DNA of 64,000 nucleotides from a candidate division FCPU426 bacterium (GTDB lineage: Bacteria; Oederibacteriota; Muellerivitia; Muellerivitales; Muellerivitaceae). Every line of letters begins with the position of its first letter. Positions within the stretch are counted from its first letter, which is position 1. The DNA lies in the NCBI GenBank assembly GCA_963847625.1, contig CAWKAR010000013.1, forward strand, positions 64,001 through 128,000, written 5' to 3'. The notes beneath the pieces were generated by a model that was not told the origin of the DNA, did not search any database, and saw only the letters and a program-made list of their open reading frames with translations. This document shows, one piece after another, positions 9,746 through 20,429 of this stretch. The translations under genes and the position numbers were made by a program.

Positions 9746-11023
9746 TTACTGCTGAATTTTCCGGATCAGGTTGTTTCCCGTATCCGCAACATAAACATTG
9801 CCGGAAGAATCAACCGCAACACCTGATGGATCATAGAACGTCGCCGTAACTGCTGCACCGTCGTCGTGGCCGTAACCCCCTTCCCCCGCCAAAGTTGAAA
9901 CCATTCCACCCGGGGTGATTTTACGGATCATCTGATTGCCATTATCCGCAACGTAAACATTTCCGGCGGAATCTGTTGCGACTCCTTCGGGCGCATTGAA
10001 TGTTGCGATAGATCCAGGCCCATTAGCCATTCCATTCAATCCGGATCCAGCGAATGTCGACACTATCAAACTGGTGTTGATTACACGTATTACATCGTTA
10101 TATGAATCCCCGACATATATATTTCCGAAAGAATCAAGCGCGACACCAGATGGCATATTGAAAGACGCAAAAGTCGTTGGCCCATTGACAAATCCTTGAG
10201 AACCCGAACCAGCTAGAGTTGATACAATGGCTGAAGAATTGATTTCCCGGATCAGGCTATTTGAATCTGCAAAGTAAATATTGTCTCCTGAATCAATTGC
10301 GAGCGCAGTTGGATGGCAGAGTGTAGAAGTAATCCCCATTCCATTGACAGACCCGCATACCGACACTGTTCCCGCTAAAGTCGAAACCACTCCCCCAGGA
10401 GTGATTTCCCGGATAAGATTATTTCCCCAATCGGTGACGTAAACATTCCCGGAGAGATCCACCGCGATTCCAGAAGGAAAATTGAATGACGCTACATTCC
10501 CTGGCCCATTGGCGGCCCCGGTAACACCCGCTTGGCCCGCCAAAGTCGACACGGTTCCGCCGGTAGTAATTACCCGAATCAGGTTATTACCTGAATCCGC
10601 GATGTAAATATTTCCAGCTGAATCCACCGCTACGCCACAGGGCGATCTGAATGAAGCCGCGGTTGCCGGTCCGTCGGCGGAACCCCCAGACAATTTACCC
10701 GCCACGGTCGTCACCATGGCGCCATTGGTAGGCGTTGGAGTTGCTGTGATGGTGATTGTCGGAGTATTCGTTGACGTGGGGCTTGCGGTAAGGGACAACG
10801 TAGGTGTCATCGAATCCGTTGGACTGTTTGTCCACATAACCGTGCTGGTTGGTGTTGGGGTAATGGTCTGGGTGCATGTGTAAGGATAACAAGTGCTTGT
10901 GGGAGTGGGAGTTGGCGCTTGAATAGGCGAGACGCTATATTTTTGGGAGCAGGCCACCGGGGAAAGCCACAAGAGGGATAGAAGAATCAAGCCGAAACAA
11001 AGCACATATATTGTTCGATGCAT
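9746..11023 (-). CDS. Putative lipoprotein with Thr/Pro stalk and NHL-repeat beta-propeller
   Basis: Hydrophobic leader ending PVAC; PTPTPT stalk; repeated F..P.GVAVD..GN.Y.AD.GNN.IR.I units. Confidence 0.85.
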   Translation of the reverse strand: MHRTIYVLCFGLILLSLLWLSPVACSQKYSVSPIQAPTPTPTSTCYPYTCTQTITPTPTSTVMWTNSPTDSMTPTLSLTASPTSTNTPTITITATPTPTNGAMVTTVAGKLSGGSADGPATAASFRSPCGVAVDSAGNIYIADSGNNLIRVITTGGTVSTLAGQAGVTGAANGPGNVASFNFPSGIAVDLSGNVYVTDWGNNLIREITPGGVVSTLAGTVSVCGSVNGMGITSTLCHPTALAIDSGDNIYFADSNSLIREINSSAIVSTLAGSGSQGFVNGPTTFASFNMPSGVALDSFGNIYVGDSYNDVIRVINTSLIVSTFAGSGLNGMANGPGSIATFNAPEGVATDSAGNVYVADNGNQMIRKITPGGMVSTLAGEGGYGHDDGAAVTATFYDPSGVAVDSSGNVYVADTGNNLIRKIQQ

Positions 11024-11495
11024 AAACACCCCCGGCAAAATTTCTTTAAAATTTTTATTTAGTTTATCATTCCCACAGCGATAGTTGGTTTGGTTTTTCA
11101 GGGGCTAAAAAAGCTTCTTTTTTCGTCCAATACAACTCCCAGGGTTGGACATCTATCCATGCTTCGCATTCACAGGAGTAAATCCCCCATGTGTACCCCG
11201 GTAAACAGCATGGGGAAGCCTCTTCCCCATACCTCATCCCGTTTCGAGTCCCAATTTAAACCTGTCCCCGGGCTGGACTCCCTTCGTTTCACTCAGGGCA
11301 AGCTCACTTCAAGCCCGCTATATCACCATTGAAATGCCATTTTAACGCCTCGGTATTAATGTTGGGAATTCTTAGCGTAGTAACATGTGGAAAAGGTAAG
11401 AGGAAAGGATATGAAGAAGGAAATATTACCAAAAAATCAAAAAATAGTCCGGCTCTACGTTACAGAACGCAGAGCCGGACCTTAAAAAATTAATC

Positions 11496-12101
11496 TTATT
11501 TAGCGGCTGGGGTAGCGACGGCTTCTGTAGGTGTAGTTTCCGCAGCTGGCTTGGCTGCGGATTTCTTCTTGGCCCCTCCCCCCACGATGGTGACCTTTTC
11601 CATCTTATCCCCCATCTGGATCTGCTCCACGTATTCCATCCCCTTGATGACCTGTCCGAACACTGCGTACTTGCCGTCCAAAGCGGGTTGCGCTCCCAGA
11701 CAGATGTAGAACTGGCTTCCCGCTGAATCGGGAATATTCGTGCGCGCCATGGCCACTGCCCCGTTAACATGTTTCTGGGTGTTGTTCACGCCGTTTTCCG
11801 TAAACTCACCCTTGATGGTGTATCCGGGACCGCCGCTTCCATCGCCGTTCGGATCCCCGCCCTGCACCACAAAACCCGCAACCACCCGGTGGAACGCAAG
11901 ACCGTTATAGAAGCCTTTCTTTGCCAACTTGATGAAATTGGCCACGCTTTCGGGCGCATCCTGGGGATAAAATTTGATGACAATCTCACCCCCTTTGGCC
12001 AGCTTGATAATGGCGCGGGTACTGTCTGAAACCTTCGCAAAAAGCCTAGAACCAGCCAGGCAAAATCCAAGCAATACCGTGAAAGCAAGAACTCGTTTCA
12101 T
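11496..12101 (-). CDS. Exported cyclophilin-type peptidyl-prolyl cis-trans isomerase
   Basis: Signal peptide; FHRVVAGFVVQGGDP, GAVAMAR, SAGSQFYI, YAVFGQV. Confidence 0.95.
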   Translation of the reverse strand: MKRVLAFTVLLGFCLAGSRLFAKVSDSTRAIIKLAKGGEIVIKFYPQDAPESVANFIKLAKKGFYNGLAFHRVVAGFVVQGGDPNGDGSGGPGYTIKGEFTENGVNNTQKHVNGAVAMARTNIPDSAGSQFYICLGAQPALDGKYAVFGQVIKGMEYVEQIQMGDKMEKVTIVGGGAKKKSAAKPAAETTPTEAVATPAAK

Positions 12102-12223
12102 GAGGCTTCTCCTTGAAAATGAATAAAAAAACCGGTCTAACTAAGCAAGTGGCAAGATAAACCGAAGGGGGGCTTTTGGCAAGCTCTGGAAAATAAGCAA
12201 GTTTCACCCCCTTGTAAACAGCC

Positions 12224-12650
12224 TTTTGTCCATCCGATGGACAAAAACTGCTTCAGAAAGGGGCATCTTGCCCCCAGCGGCGGGGCAAAAATGGACGTAA
12301 CCCAGACCCATCTCCACTAGGTTTGTCCAGCCGCTGGACAAAATGCCACCAAGAATACCGGCCTCTGCCCTTCGACGAGACTTAGAGCAGGGTTCCCAGC
12401 CAGTTCCCGAGTTCCCATGGTTCCCGGCCAGTTCTCGGGTTCTTGTCTAGTTCTCGGGTTTCCCGGTTTGGCACAATCCCCGAAAAGTGTCCTTGTTCTA
12501 CTGGGTTCGTCCCCCTTGGAACTGGCCCTTCGACAGAGCCTGTGGTAAGCCCTTCGACAAGCTTAGGGCAGACTTTGTCGAACGGTTCGGTAAAACCTGT
12601 GGTGAGTTCATCGAACCACTCACCGCAGGACCATTCAGGACAGGCCGCCA
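12224..12650. repeat. Intergenic cluster of palindromes and REP-like pieces (TTTTGTCCA..TGGACAAAA palindromes, CTTCGAC repeats, reverse GGGAAC/GAGAAC units)
   Basis: Palindromes at 12224-12246 and 12322-12343; CCTTCGAC three times; GTTCCC/GTTCTCGGG run at ~12391-12465. Confidence 0.55.
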
Positions 12651-12740
12651 AGCGGAAACACTCGTAATGCCGGGGTGGAAACAGGGTGTCGGAGGTGGAA
12701 ATACTTAAAAATTCAGATGTTAATGGGGTATCGCTGAATC

Positions 12741-13946
12741 TTAAAACCTGATCTCGTAATGGGTGCCGAGGTTCCAAAAGTCGTAAATGGCATCAGTAGG
12801 ATTGTTGTTGATGTCGTAACCGTAGTTATGGGCCAAGATCCTGTCATATGACACGAAAAACCTTAACGCGGATGTTTCATCCAAGGATAGTTTCCAGGAT
12901 GGCTCCAAACCAGCCATAAATCCCCCCCCGTTATAGAGGTCGAGGTTGGATATGTTATAACCGTTGGGAAAGACGTATTTCGCGACGCCTGATAAAGTGA
13001 GATCCCCGATGGCGTAACTGGGCGTCAGGTAGAACCTAGGGCCGTAGGAGTACGTGGGTTCGGCGGTGAACTGTCCATTGATCTCCCTTTTACAGGGCAG
13101 GTAAACCTGGCCGCCCAGCTCGAGGGAAAAGGCGGTGGGATTGTTCCATCCATAGGAGGCATTGAAATTAGTCCCCAACTGGAAACTGTTGACCCCGTTC
13201 TCCTGGGTGGGGACCGAGAAAAACGCCGAGGCGCGGATCACCTCCTTGTTCCCGTCCGAAAAAGTCTGGACGTGGTTTGCCGCCACGAAAATGGAATCTC
13301 CCAGCTTCAATTGAGTGCCGGGATTGGGCACCAGGTTCGCGTTCGGGTTGAAGGCGCCCGAGTACATGTAACCCACCCCCGCCCCGAAATCGCCGCCGCC
13401 GGAAGGAAAAGATATTCCGTACAGGGCGCTGATCCCGAAACCACGCCCCTGGTAACGCGTGTCCACAAAGGCCGTGGGGACATTCGCGAGGTATTGCTGA
13501 ACTTCCCAGGATTGGTCCCCCGTCGGCAAGTTAAATGCCACATCCAACAAGGCCGGCAGGTCGAAATTCTTAAAAGACAACTGGCCGCCAAGGACCGTGT
13601 CCGAGACGTTGCTCAGGTTGATCGTTTGGGACGACTCGGTGTAATGCCCGTCCGCGAACTCGGAATTGCCGTAGACCTGAAAATCCTTGGACAAATTCAA
13701 GCTCGCGGCCAAGGGGGTCAGGATTTCCCAACCGCTGAACGGCGGTTGGAAATTGCTGGACCATCCCGCGTATTGGACCCCCAAACCAAGCTGGCCTGCC
13801 GGGGATGCCATTGGGAGAACTAAGAAAGCCAAGACCAAGCAGGCTTTTTTAAGATAACCCACTAAAATCCAAATTATCGGTTTTTCGCTTTTCAAGGCAA
13901 AACCTTTCCCACCTTCATTCAAGTTCTCCGGTCTCACCGATATCAT
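12741..13946 (-). CDS. Outer-membrane beta-barrel protein, paralog 1
   Basis: Hydrophobic leader, alternating beta-strand pattern, C-terminal HYEIRF; clear paralog of 28855-30048 (NLPTGD.WE, YMYSGAFNPN, QLKLGDS, GPRFYLTPSY). Start codon uncertain. Confidence 0.75.
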   Translation of the reverse strand: MISVRPENLNEGGKGFALKSEKPIIWILVGYLKKACLVLAFLVLPMASPAGQLGLGVQYAGWSSNFQPPFSGWEILTPLAASLNLSKDFQVYGNSEFADGHYTESSQTINLSNVSDTVLGGQLSFKNFDLPALLDVAFNLPTGDQSWEVQQYLANVPTAFVDTRYQGRGFGISALYGISFPSGGGDFGAGVGYMYSGAFNPNANLVPNPGTQLKLGDSIFVAANHVQTFSDGNKEVIRASAFFSVPTQENGVNSFQLGTNFNASYGWNNPTAFSLELGGQVYLPCKREINGQFTAEPTYSYGPRFYLTPSYAIGDLTLSGVAKYVFPNGYNISNLDLYNGGGFMAGLEPSWKLSLDETSALRFFVSYDRILAHNYGYDINNNPTDAIYDFWNLGTHYEIRF

Positions 13947-13948
13947 CC

Positions 13949-14755
13949 TCAGGGCTTCACGTTGATTTTTATATTCAGTCTACCCCCGCCCTCGACGCCG
14001 GGATCGTTCAGATTATTCTGACCATTGATGATCAAACCCGACCCGAATTGCCCGGTAAGGTCATTTAAAGCCGGGTTGCCGGGTGTACCGTTGCCGTTAC
14101 CCCCTGTCGTCGAACCGTTTCCGTTGCCGCCCCCCGATGAACCATTGCCGTTTCCCCCTGTGGAAGAGCCGCCCCCTGGGACGTTCAACAAAATCCCGCC
14201 CTCAAAATTCAAATCCTGTCCCGGGTTATAAAACTGGAATTTGCCGTTGACGTCCGTGTATACGGTGCCTTCATATACATGCAGGTGGACCCCCTTGTGG
14301 GTGGGGTCGTAAGAAACCGAGAACCGTGTCCCGCGGACCCCGCAGACCACACCGCCAGCCTCGATCTCAAAGGCGGACTTGGCCGAGAACAGCTTGGTCA
14401 CCTTGGCGAGCAGTTGGCCCAGCCTTAGTTTGAGCTTGATGATCTTGTCATTGGGGTTTGGCTTTTTGAGGTTATCAACCCAGAAATCGGTGTTGGGGCT
14501 GATCTTGAGTTCGGACCCGTCGAAGATTTTCAGGGTGGCCTGGGCGTCGGAGCCGGTGACGATACGCTCATTTTCCCCTACTGCGGTGTTCTTTTTAGCC
14601 AGACGGATCATATGCCCCTTGTGGCCCCGGATCTCGATCTTTCCAGTAACGGAGGTGAAGATGGCCTCTACCGGGGTCGATACGGCCGGAGGCGCTGCCA
14701 AACAGTAAATCGGCAGCAAGACCACCAGCGCCGTCAGAAGAATTTTCCTTCTCAT
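13949..14755 (-). CDS. Secreted FecR-domain protein, paralog 1
   Basis: Signal peptide; I.TG....A.L..FDGS and FEIEAGGVVCGVRGTRF FecR-domain signature; Gly/Asn linker. Confidence 0.8.
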   Translation of the reverse strand: MRRKILLTALVVLLPIYCLAAPPAVSTPVEAIFTSVTGKIEIRGHKGHMIRLAKKNTAVGENERIVTGSDAQATLKIFDGSELKISPNTDFWVDNLKKPNPNDKIIKLKLRLGQLLAKVTKLFSAKSAFEIEAGGVVCGVRGTRFSVSYDPTHKGVHLHVYEGTVYTDVNGKFQFYNPGQDLNFEGGILLNVPGGGSSTGGNGNGSSGGGNGNGSTTGGNGNGTPGNPALNDLTGQFGSGLIINGQNNLNDPGVEGGGRLNIKINVKP

Positions 14756-14794
14756 AAAAACCTCTTCAACTTGAATTGCTGCTTCATAAACCTT

Positions 14795-17700
14795 CTAACG
14801 CGGAGCGAATTTCTGGACCCGCCCGCTGCCGTAATCCGCGACGTAAATGTTTCCCGTGCCATCCACCGCCACACCGGCGGCCCGGTTGAATTGGCCCGGG
14901 GCCGTGCCCGTGGAGCCCCACTCGCTCACTAGGTTGCCGGTTGGGTTGAATTCGACGACCTGGTTATTGGTGCTGTCAGTTGCATAAACATTCCCGGCCT
15001 GGGGGCCGCCCGGCGAGACGGTGATGGCGGTGTAAGTCCCTGAACTTCCATACCATTGGGTGATGGCGGAACCCGCGGCGGTGTAGAGATAAACAGCAAG
15101 GGTCCCATCGGTCACATAAACGGTCGTTCCGGCCGAGTTGACCGCCACCGCGGCGTCACAACAACCCACGTTCCAGGCGGCTTGGTTGGCGCCTGAAGAA
15201 TTGAAGGTTTGAACGGTATAAGAGGCCCCGTTTTCTCCCACATAAACATTGCCGGAGGAATCCACGCCTACACCCGAAACACCATAGAGGTAGCCAGGCA
15301 TTGCATATCCATAAGAGTTGTAATTTCCGAATGTCAGAAGTGCGGTTCCTGAAGGACTGTATTTGTAGATATAATTATTCCCACTGTCGGTGATGTAGAG
15401 ATTGCCCGTGGCGTCCGTAGTCAAAGCTTCCGGCGCCCCGCCCGAAATGGTCCAGGTAGCCGAAGCGGAATAATTAACCCCGTCGGAACTGGTCCAGGCT
15501 TGGATATCCGGAATATAGTAATAACTAGCCTGGAAATTGTAGGAGAGGTAAAGGCTGGTTCCGGCCGAATTGACGGCGATTCCTCCGGTGTTTTGCCAAC
15601 CGTAAATTGTGGAAGAGTCCTGGGCCACAAAGGAAGCAATCGGAGCTACCGGCGTGGGGGTGGATGTGGGTATGTATCCCCCCTGCACCACCAGGCGATA
15701 ATCACCGTCGGAGCCGTTGTAGTTCGAGAAAACGGCTACGTAATAATCCCCGGCCGGGAGAACGTCCGACGTGCCGTTAGGATAGGACATATCACCGCTG
15801 GAATCGATGACCGATATCCCTCCGCCTCCAGTGTCAACGTAGAGATCAAAGCCCACCTGGTCCAGGTAATTTCCATTGTCGAAGCAATCCAGGGATATGT
15901 TGTAAAAGATGTTGTCGGACCCGGCGGTGAAGTGCCAAACATGCTGGGCCCCGACGTAAAACTGCACACTGCCAAGGCCGACCGCTGTCGTACCGCTGGA
16001 AACCATCCCCAGTTCGTCCGCCACAGCGGCAGAAGGATTCGCGGAGCTGGAAATATTAGGTTTAGAGGCTCGAACTGGCGCGACACTTCCAAGATAACCG
16101 CAGGTAGGCTGGAATGGTTCAGGGTCAGGGTGAAGGATCCATATTGGCTTGAATCAGCCCCGTCCACGATCAGGTAATAGGTGCCGGGATTCAAAAGAGG
16201 GGTGATGAAATCCGGATAAGTACAGCCATCCCCGCAGTTTCCGGCGCCCAAGGACAGGGTGGTGGAAGGGTCATCCTGTTTCGTCCTCAAATACGCCGCA
16301 AAGTAGGTATTGATGCCGTTCCCAAAACGGATGTCAAGCTGTTGGGGCTGGTTCAGGGTGAACATGTAAACCAAATCCGGGGCCCCTTTGCCCCAACTGT
16401 TTCCCTCGAGGTCCGTGTAGGAATGCGCGTCAGGCTGTCCGGTCGTATCGCCAATGAGGGTCATTCCGCTGTTGATGTAGGAAGTGATGTCCTGCGCGGG
16501 TTCGGGCGTAGGCGTGGGGGCCAGGGTCCCCTGAATGACCAGGTGATAGTCGGAATCCGAACCGCAGGTATTGGCGTACGCCGCCACATAATAGTCCCCC
16601 GGGTCAAGCCAGTCCGACATTTGGTTCGGGTAGGAGATTTCCGTAGTGGCGTCCACCAATTGGAACCCGCCGGACCCGTTGGGCTGGTAAAGATCCAGGG
16701 CCACCTGGTCCTTCCCCGTTCCGTCATCGTAACAATCGGCGGAGAGGGTGTACTCCCCCGGCGCCGACACGTGGAAAAGCCAGGTATTGACGGGGCTCAA
16801 GTCGTATTTAACTTGACCCGTTCCCACCAAGTCTGACCCAGGTGAGACAATCCCGATATTCCCCGCGTCAGTGAAGAGAGTGTCGTCCACTCCCGGGGTG
16901 ACGGAAGGATTAGGCGTGGAGGTGGGGGTCAAGGCGCAAATGGGATTGAAATTTGAAACGGTCATTGAAAAAGGGCCTACGTACAAAAAGGTGGAATTGT
17001 AAAAGCTATCCACGACAACGGTATAGGTCCCGGGTTGAAGCTGTCCCGTTGTCAGCGAGGTTTGGTAAAAGCCCGAGCAGAGATTCACATCGGAAAGGGT
17101 GGAACCGTTGGGCCCCAGGATATACAGGAGGGGATAATACAAATTAACGTTTGCGGTCAAATTGAAATAAAGCCTTTGCGGGGTAGAAAGATTGAAAGTA
17201 AATGCGGTATCAGGCACCCCCGATCCGTAAATATTAGTCGCCCCGCCGCTGACAACAGTAGCACTGTAGTTGTCCGCGGACAAAGAGGTATCGCCCGTGA
17301 TGGCCTGGCCGCTGTTGATATAGCCCGTGATGTCCATGTTCGGGGCGGCGTAGGTGGGGGTCGGTGTGGGGGGGAAAGTATTGGTGGGAGTGGAGGTGAC
17401 GGTCGGGATTCCCGACACCAGGCCTTGGAGGACTAGGTGGTAATCGGCGTCAGTGCCGCAAGTGTCGGCATAAACAGCCACAATATAGGTGACTCCGGCC
17501 GTCAGCCAATCGGTGGTTTGGGCTGGTTCGACCCCGAACGCGGAGGCATCCATATAGGAAACACTCCCGGCACCCAGGGATTGGTAGAGATCGAAACCTT
17601 CCTGCGACTTCAGAGTGCCATCATCGAAACAATCCAAGGAAACAATGTATTCCCCGTCAGCCTGGACGGTGAAAGCCCAGATGTTCACGTCTCCCATGTT

Positions 17701-20234
17701 TTCTTTCACGTTGCCCTGGGCGACCAAATCCGACCCCACCGAAACGGAACCAAGATAGCCGGCATCGGTATATGTACTATTGTCCACGCCGGGTGTCACA
17801 GAAGGAACCGGCGTGGAAACCGGCGTTAAATGGCAGACAGGATTAAAGGCGGAAAGACTCAAACTGAACGGCCCTTGGTTATAGGGAGGATAGTTCCCGT
17901 AATCGCTGTCCACGACCACGTAATAGGTTCCGGGCTGCAATGCGCCGGTTGCCAAGGAATATTCGGAACCGGAGCCACAGCTCGAATTCAAATCAATCAT
18001 GGTGGAGGGGTCTGTCGGGTTGGTCAGAATGTACAGGAGGGGGGTGTAATAAGTCGCCGATAGGTTGAAATAAAAAGCTTGGGGCGCCGTCAAAGTGAAT
18101 TGGAAGCTGACATCCGGGGAGCCCAAACCGTAGGTGGTAATGGTCGTTGTCGCCATGGAAAAATAGTAGCCCTGGTGGTTATCCGCGGAATTGGCCGTGT
18201 TGCCGGTGAGGGTGACGGTTTGTCCGGCGATGGCGTTATTGACGAGGGAGGTGATGTCCTGGCCTCCCGGCGGTAGCGTCGCGGTCGCGGTGGGCGTGGA
18301 CGTGGGCGTGGGGCTCAAAAGGTAATTCTGAACAACCAGCCGGTAATCACCGTCCGAACCGTCGGCGATGGAATAAACCGCTACGTTATAGGTTCCTTGG
18401 GCCAGGACGTCCGCTATCTGGTCCAAAGGCGTATTGCCGGCCGAGGAATCAATTAGAGTGCCGTAAGAATCGTAAAGGTCCATGGCCACCCGGTCCTTGC
18501 CGGTCCCGTCGTCGAAATTGTCCAGTGAAAGGTTGACTAACGTTCCATCATTGGCAACGGTGAAACTCCATGTATCCACCTCATCCAGGTAATACTTCGC
18601 GTTCCCGGTTCCGGCCAACTGGCCGCCCACCCCAAAGTTCCGAGGCTGGTGGTTTGGGTGAAATAAGTGTCGTCATTGTTGGGCTCGGCTTCGGCGGCCG
18701 GAACGGCCGTGGGTGTCAGCGCGGCGGTGGGTAGGAACGAGGTGATGGACAGCACGAAGGGGCCAAAGTTGCCGGGACTGAAACCATCCACGACCACGTA
18801 ATAGGTACCGGGGGTAAGGAGGCCCGTGGCCAGGGTGGTTTGGAGACTGCCGCCGGCGCAGTATTGGGAGTCGTCCGCGAGATCTACCAGGGTGGAGGAG
18901 GGGTTGTTCGGGTCGGTGCAAAGGTAAAGAACCGTGTCGAAATTGGCGTTACAGAGGTTGAAAAAGAGTCGTTTTTGCCCTGTAAGGGTGAACTTGTAAA
19001 CGAGGTCCGGCGCCCCGGTTCCCCAGTTATCCCCATTGACCATGACGCTATGGCCGTCGGGCTGGCCGCTGGTGTCCCCGGATACCGATGCCCCGTCGAT
19101 ATTACCCGTGATGTCCGGATAGGCGACAGTGGGGGTGGGGGTACCTGAGGGTGTCACTGTTGGGGTTTGGGTTGGAAGCGGGCTTGTAGTGATAGTGGGA
19201 GTCACAGTAAGAGTCGGCGTCGCGGTCGGGGTTTGGGTCAGAACTGGGCTGGTAGTGTTAGTGGGAGTCCCGGTTATAGTCGGTGTCGGGGTGGGTGTAG
19301 CTGTCTGGGTCGGGCTCGAAGTAGGGGTGAGGGTGGAGGTGGGCGTCGACAAGGGCGACAGGCAGGTCCCGTGAATGTCCGCGTTGGTCTGCTCATAACT
19401 GAAATAAGGGACGTTGGTGTTGACCCGGAACCGGAAGGATGGCCCAAAGCTGGCAGAGCCGGGATTGATGACTTGAAGCCAGGCGTGTCCGCCGCCTGCA
19501 AATTGGCAGCAATAAACGTCGGAGGCTTGAAGGATGGTGGTTGCAATCCCAGCCGCTTGTTTCGCCGCCCCCGAAGAGGAGAAATAACCGGCGGATGGAG
19601 CCGCCGCGAAATTCACAAGATTCCCATTTCCAAGATATGCCACGTTGGCGGCACCCTGGGCGTCCCGGATCTGGAAACCTCCCGATGCGGGGTTCAAAAG
19701 GATGTCGTAACCCGTGGAGGTCGCGGTCGTGGCGTCCGCCAAGCTGTCGTTCTCGAAGGAGAAATAGGAACCGTTCGCGAGCAGGGACGTGTCCACCGAA
19801 TAACAGTTGCTCCCCACCGGTCCCAGGTTCACCGTCACGGTTCCGGAACCCGGCGGGTTGAAGTCGAATAGGGCCGCGCCCAGCGCCAGGGGCTGGTGGT
19901 TGGAGGCGTTGTTTAATTGGAGAGCAAGCAAGCGGGAGGTTCCCGGTGGGATGGTGACCGTGAGATCCAGCGAACCCGTATTTCCCGGCGCGCTGAAGGG
20001 CCCGGCGGTTCCTGATACCGGGGACATTCCCGGTCCCGTTATCCGGTACAGGATTTCATTGCTCGCCGCGCCTAAAAGATTCGCTGAAAGTTCCTTGCCC
20101 GCGGGGATGGAAATGGAAAGGGTCGAACCCTGGTAAGGCGCCACAGGGGCGGGGGAATGGTTGGTACAGCCCGTATAAACGAGCAAACCCGCCAAGAAAG
20201 AAAAAGATACGGGAACCAGGAAGCGTTTTTGCAT
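14795..20234 (-). CDS. Giant surface lipoprotein B (~1,813 aa if restored): shared N-domain, T/P stalk, four paired beta-sandwich modules, NHL propeller; split by two -1 frameshifts
   Basis: ORFs 18537-20327, 15736-18630 and 14795-16024 join into a continuous repeat pattern if one base is added at 18630-18633 and one at ~16116; lipobox VYTGC after ATG 20234. Confidence 0.75.
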
Positions 20235-20429
20235 TTTCCAGTTCTTTTCAATAAAGATAACGCAGGTTGAACAATGGCCATTACAGGGAAGGATAAAGCA
20301 CGGATGAACTTTTCCCTTAAACGTCAATATTTTGATTGAAAATAGTCCTAAAAATCAAGAAATAAGCTTGTTGAGTATTTAAGTAAAAGACAATAACGGT
20401 TAATCGAAAAAAGTGGGTTAAAAATAGCC

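Noticed and set aside
12382..12777. Short ORFs between the cyclophilin and barrel genes
   Set aside because: Made of REP-like repeats; no protein-like features
13949..14755. Classical FecIRA iron-uptake anti-sigma factor
   Set aside because: Cleavable-looking signal peptide with no cytoplasmic anti-sigma domain, and no ECF sigma or TonB-dependent receptor nearby
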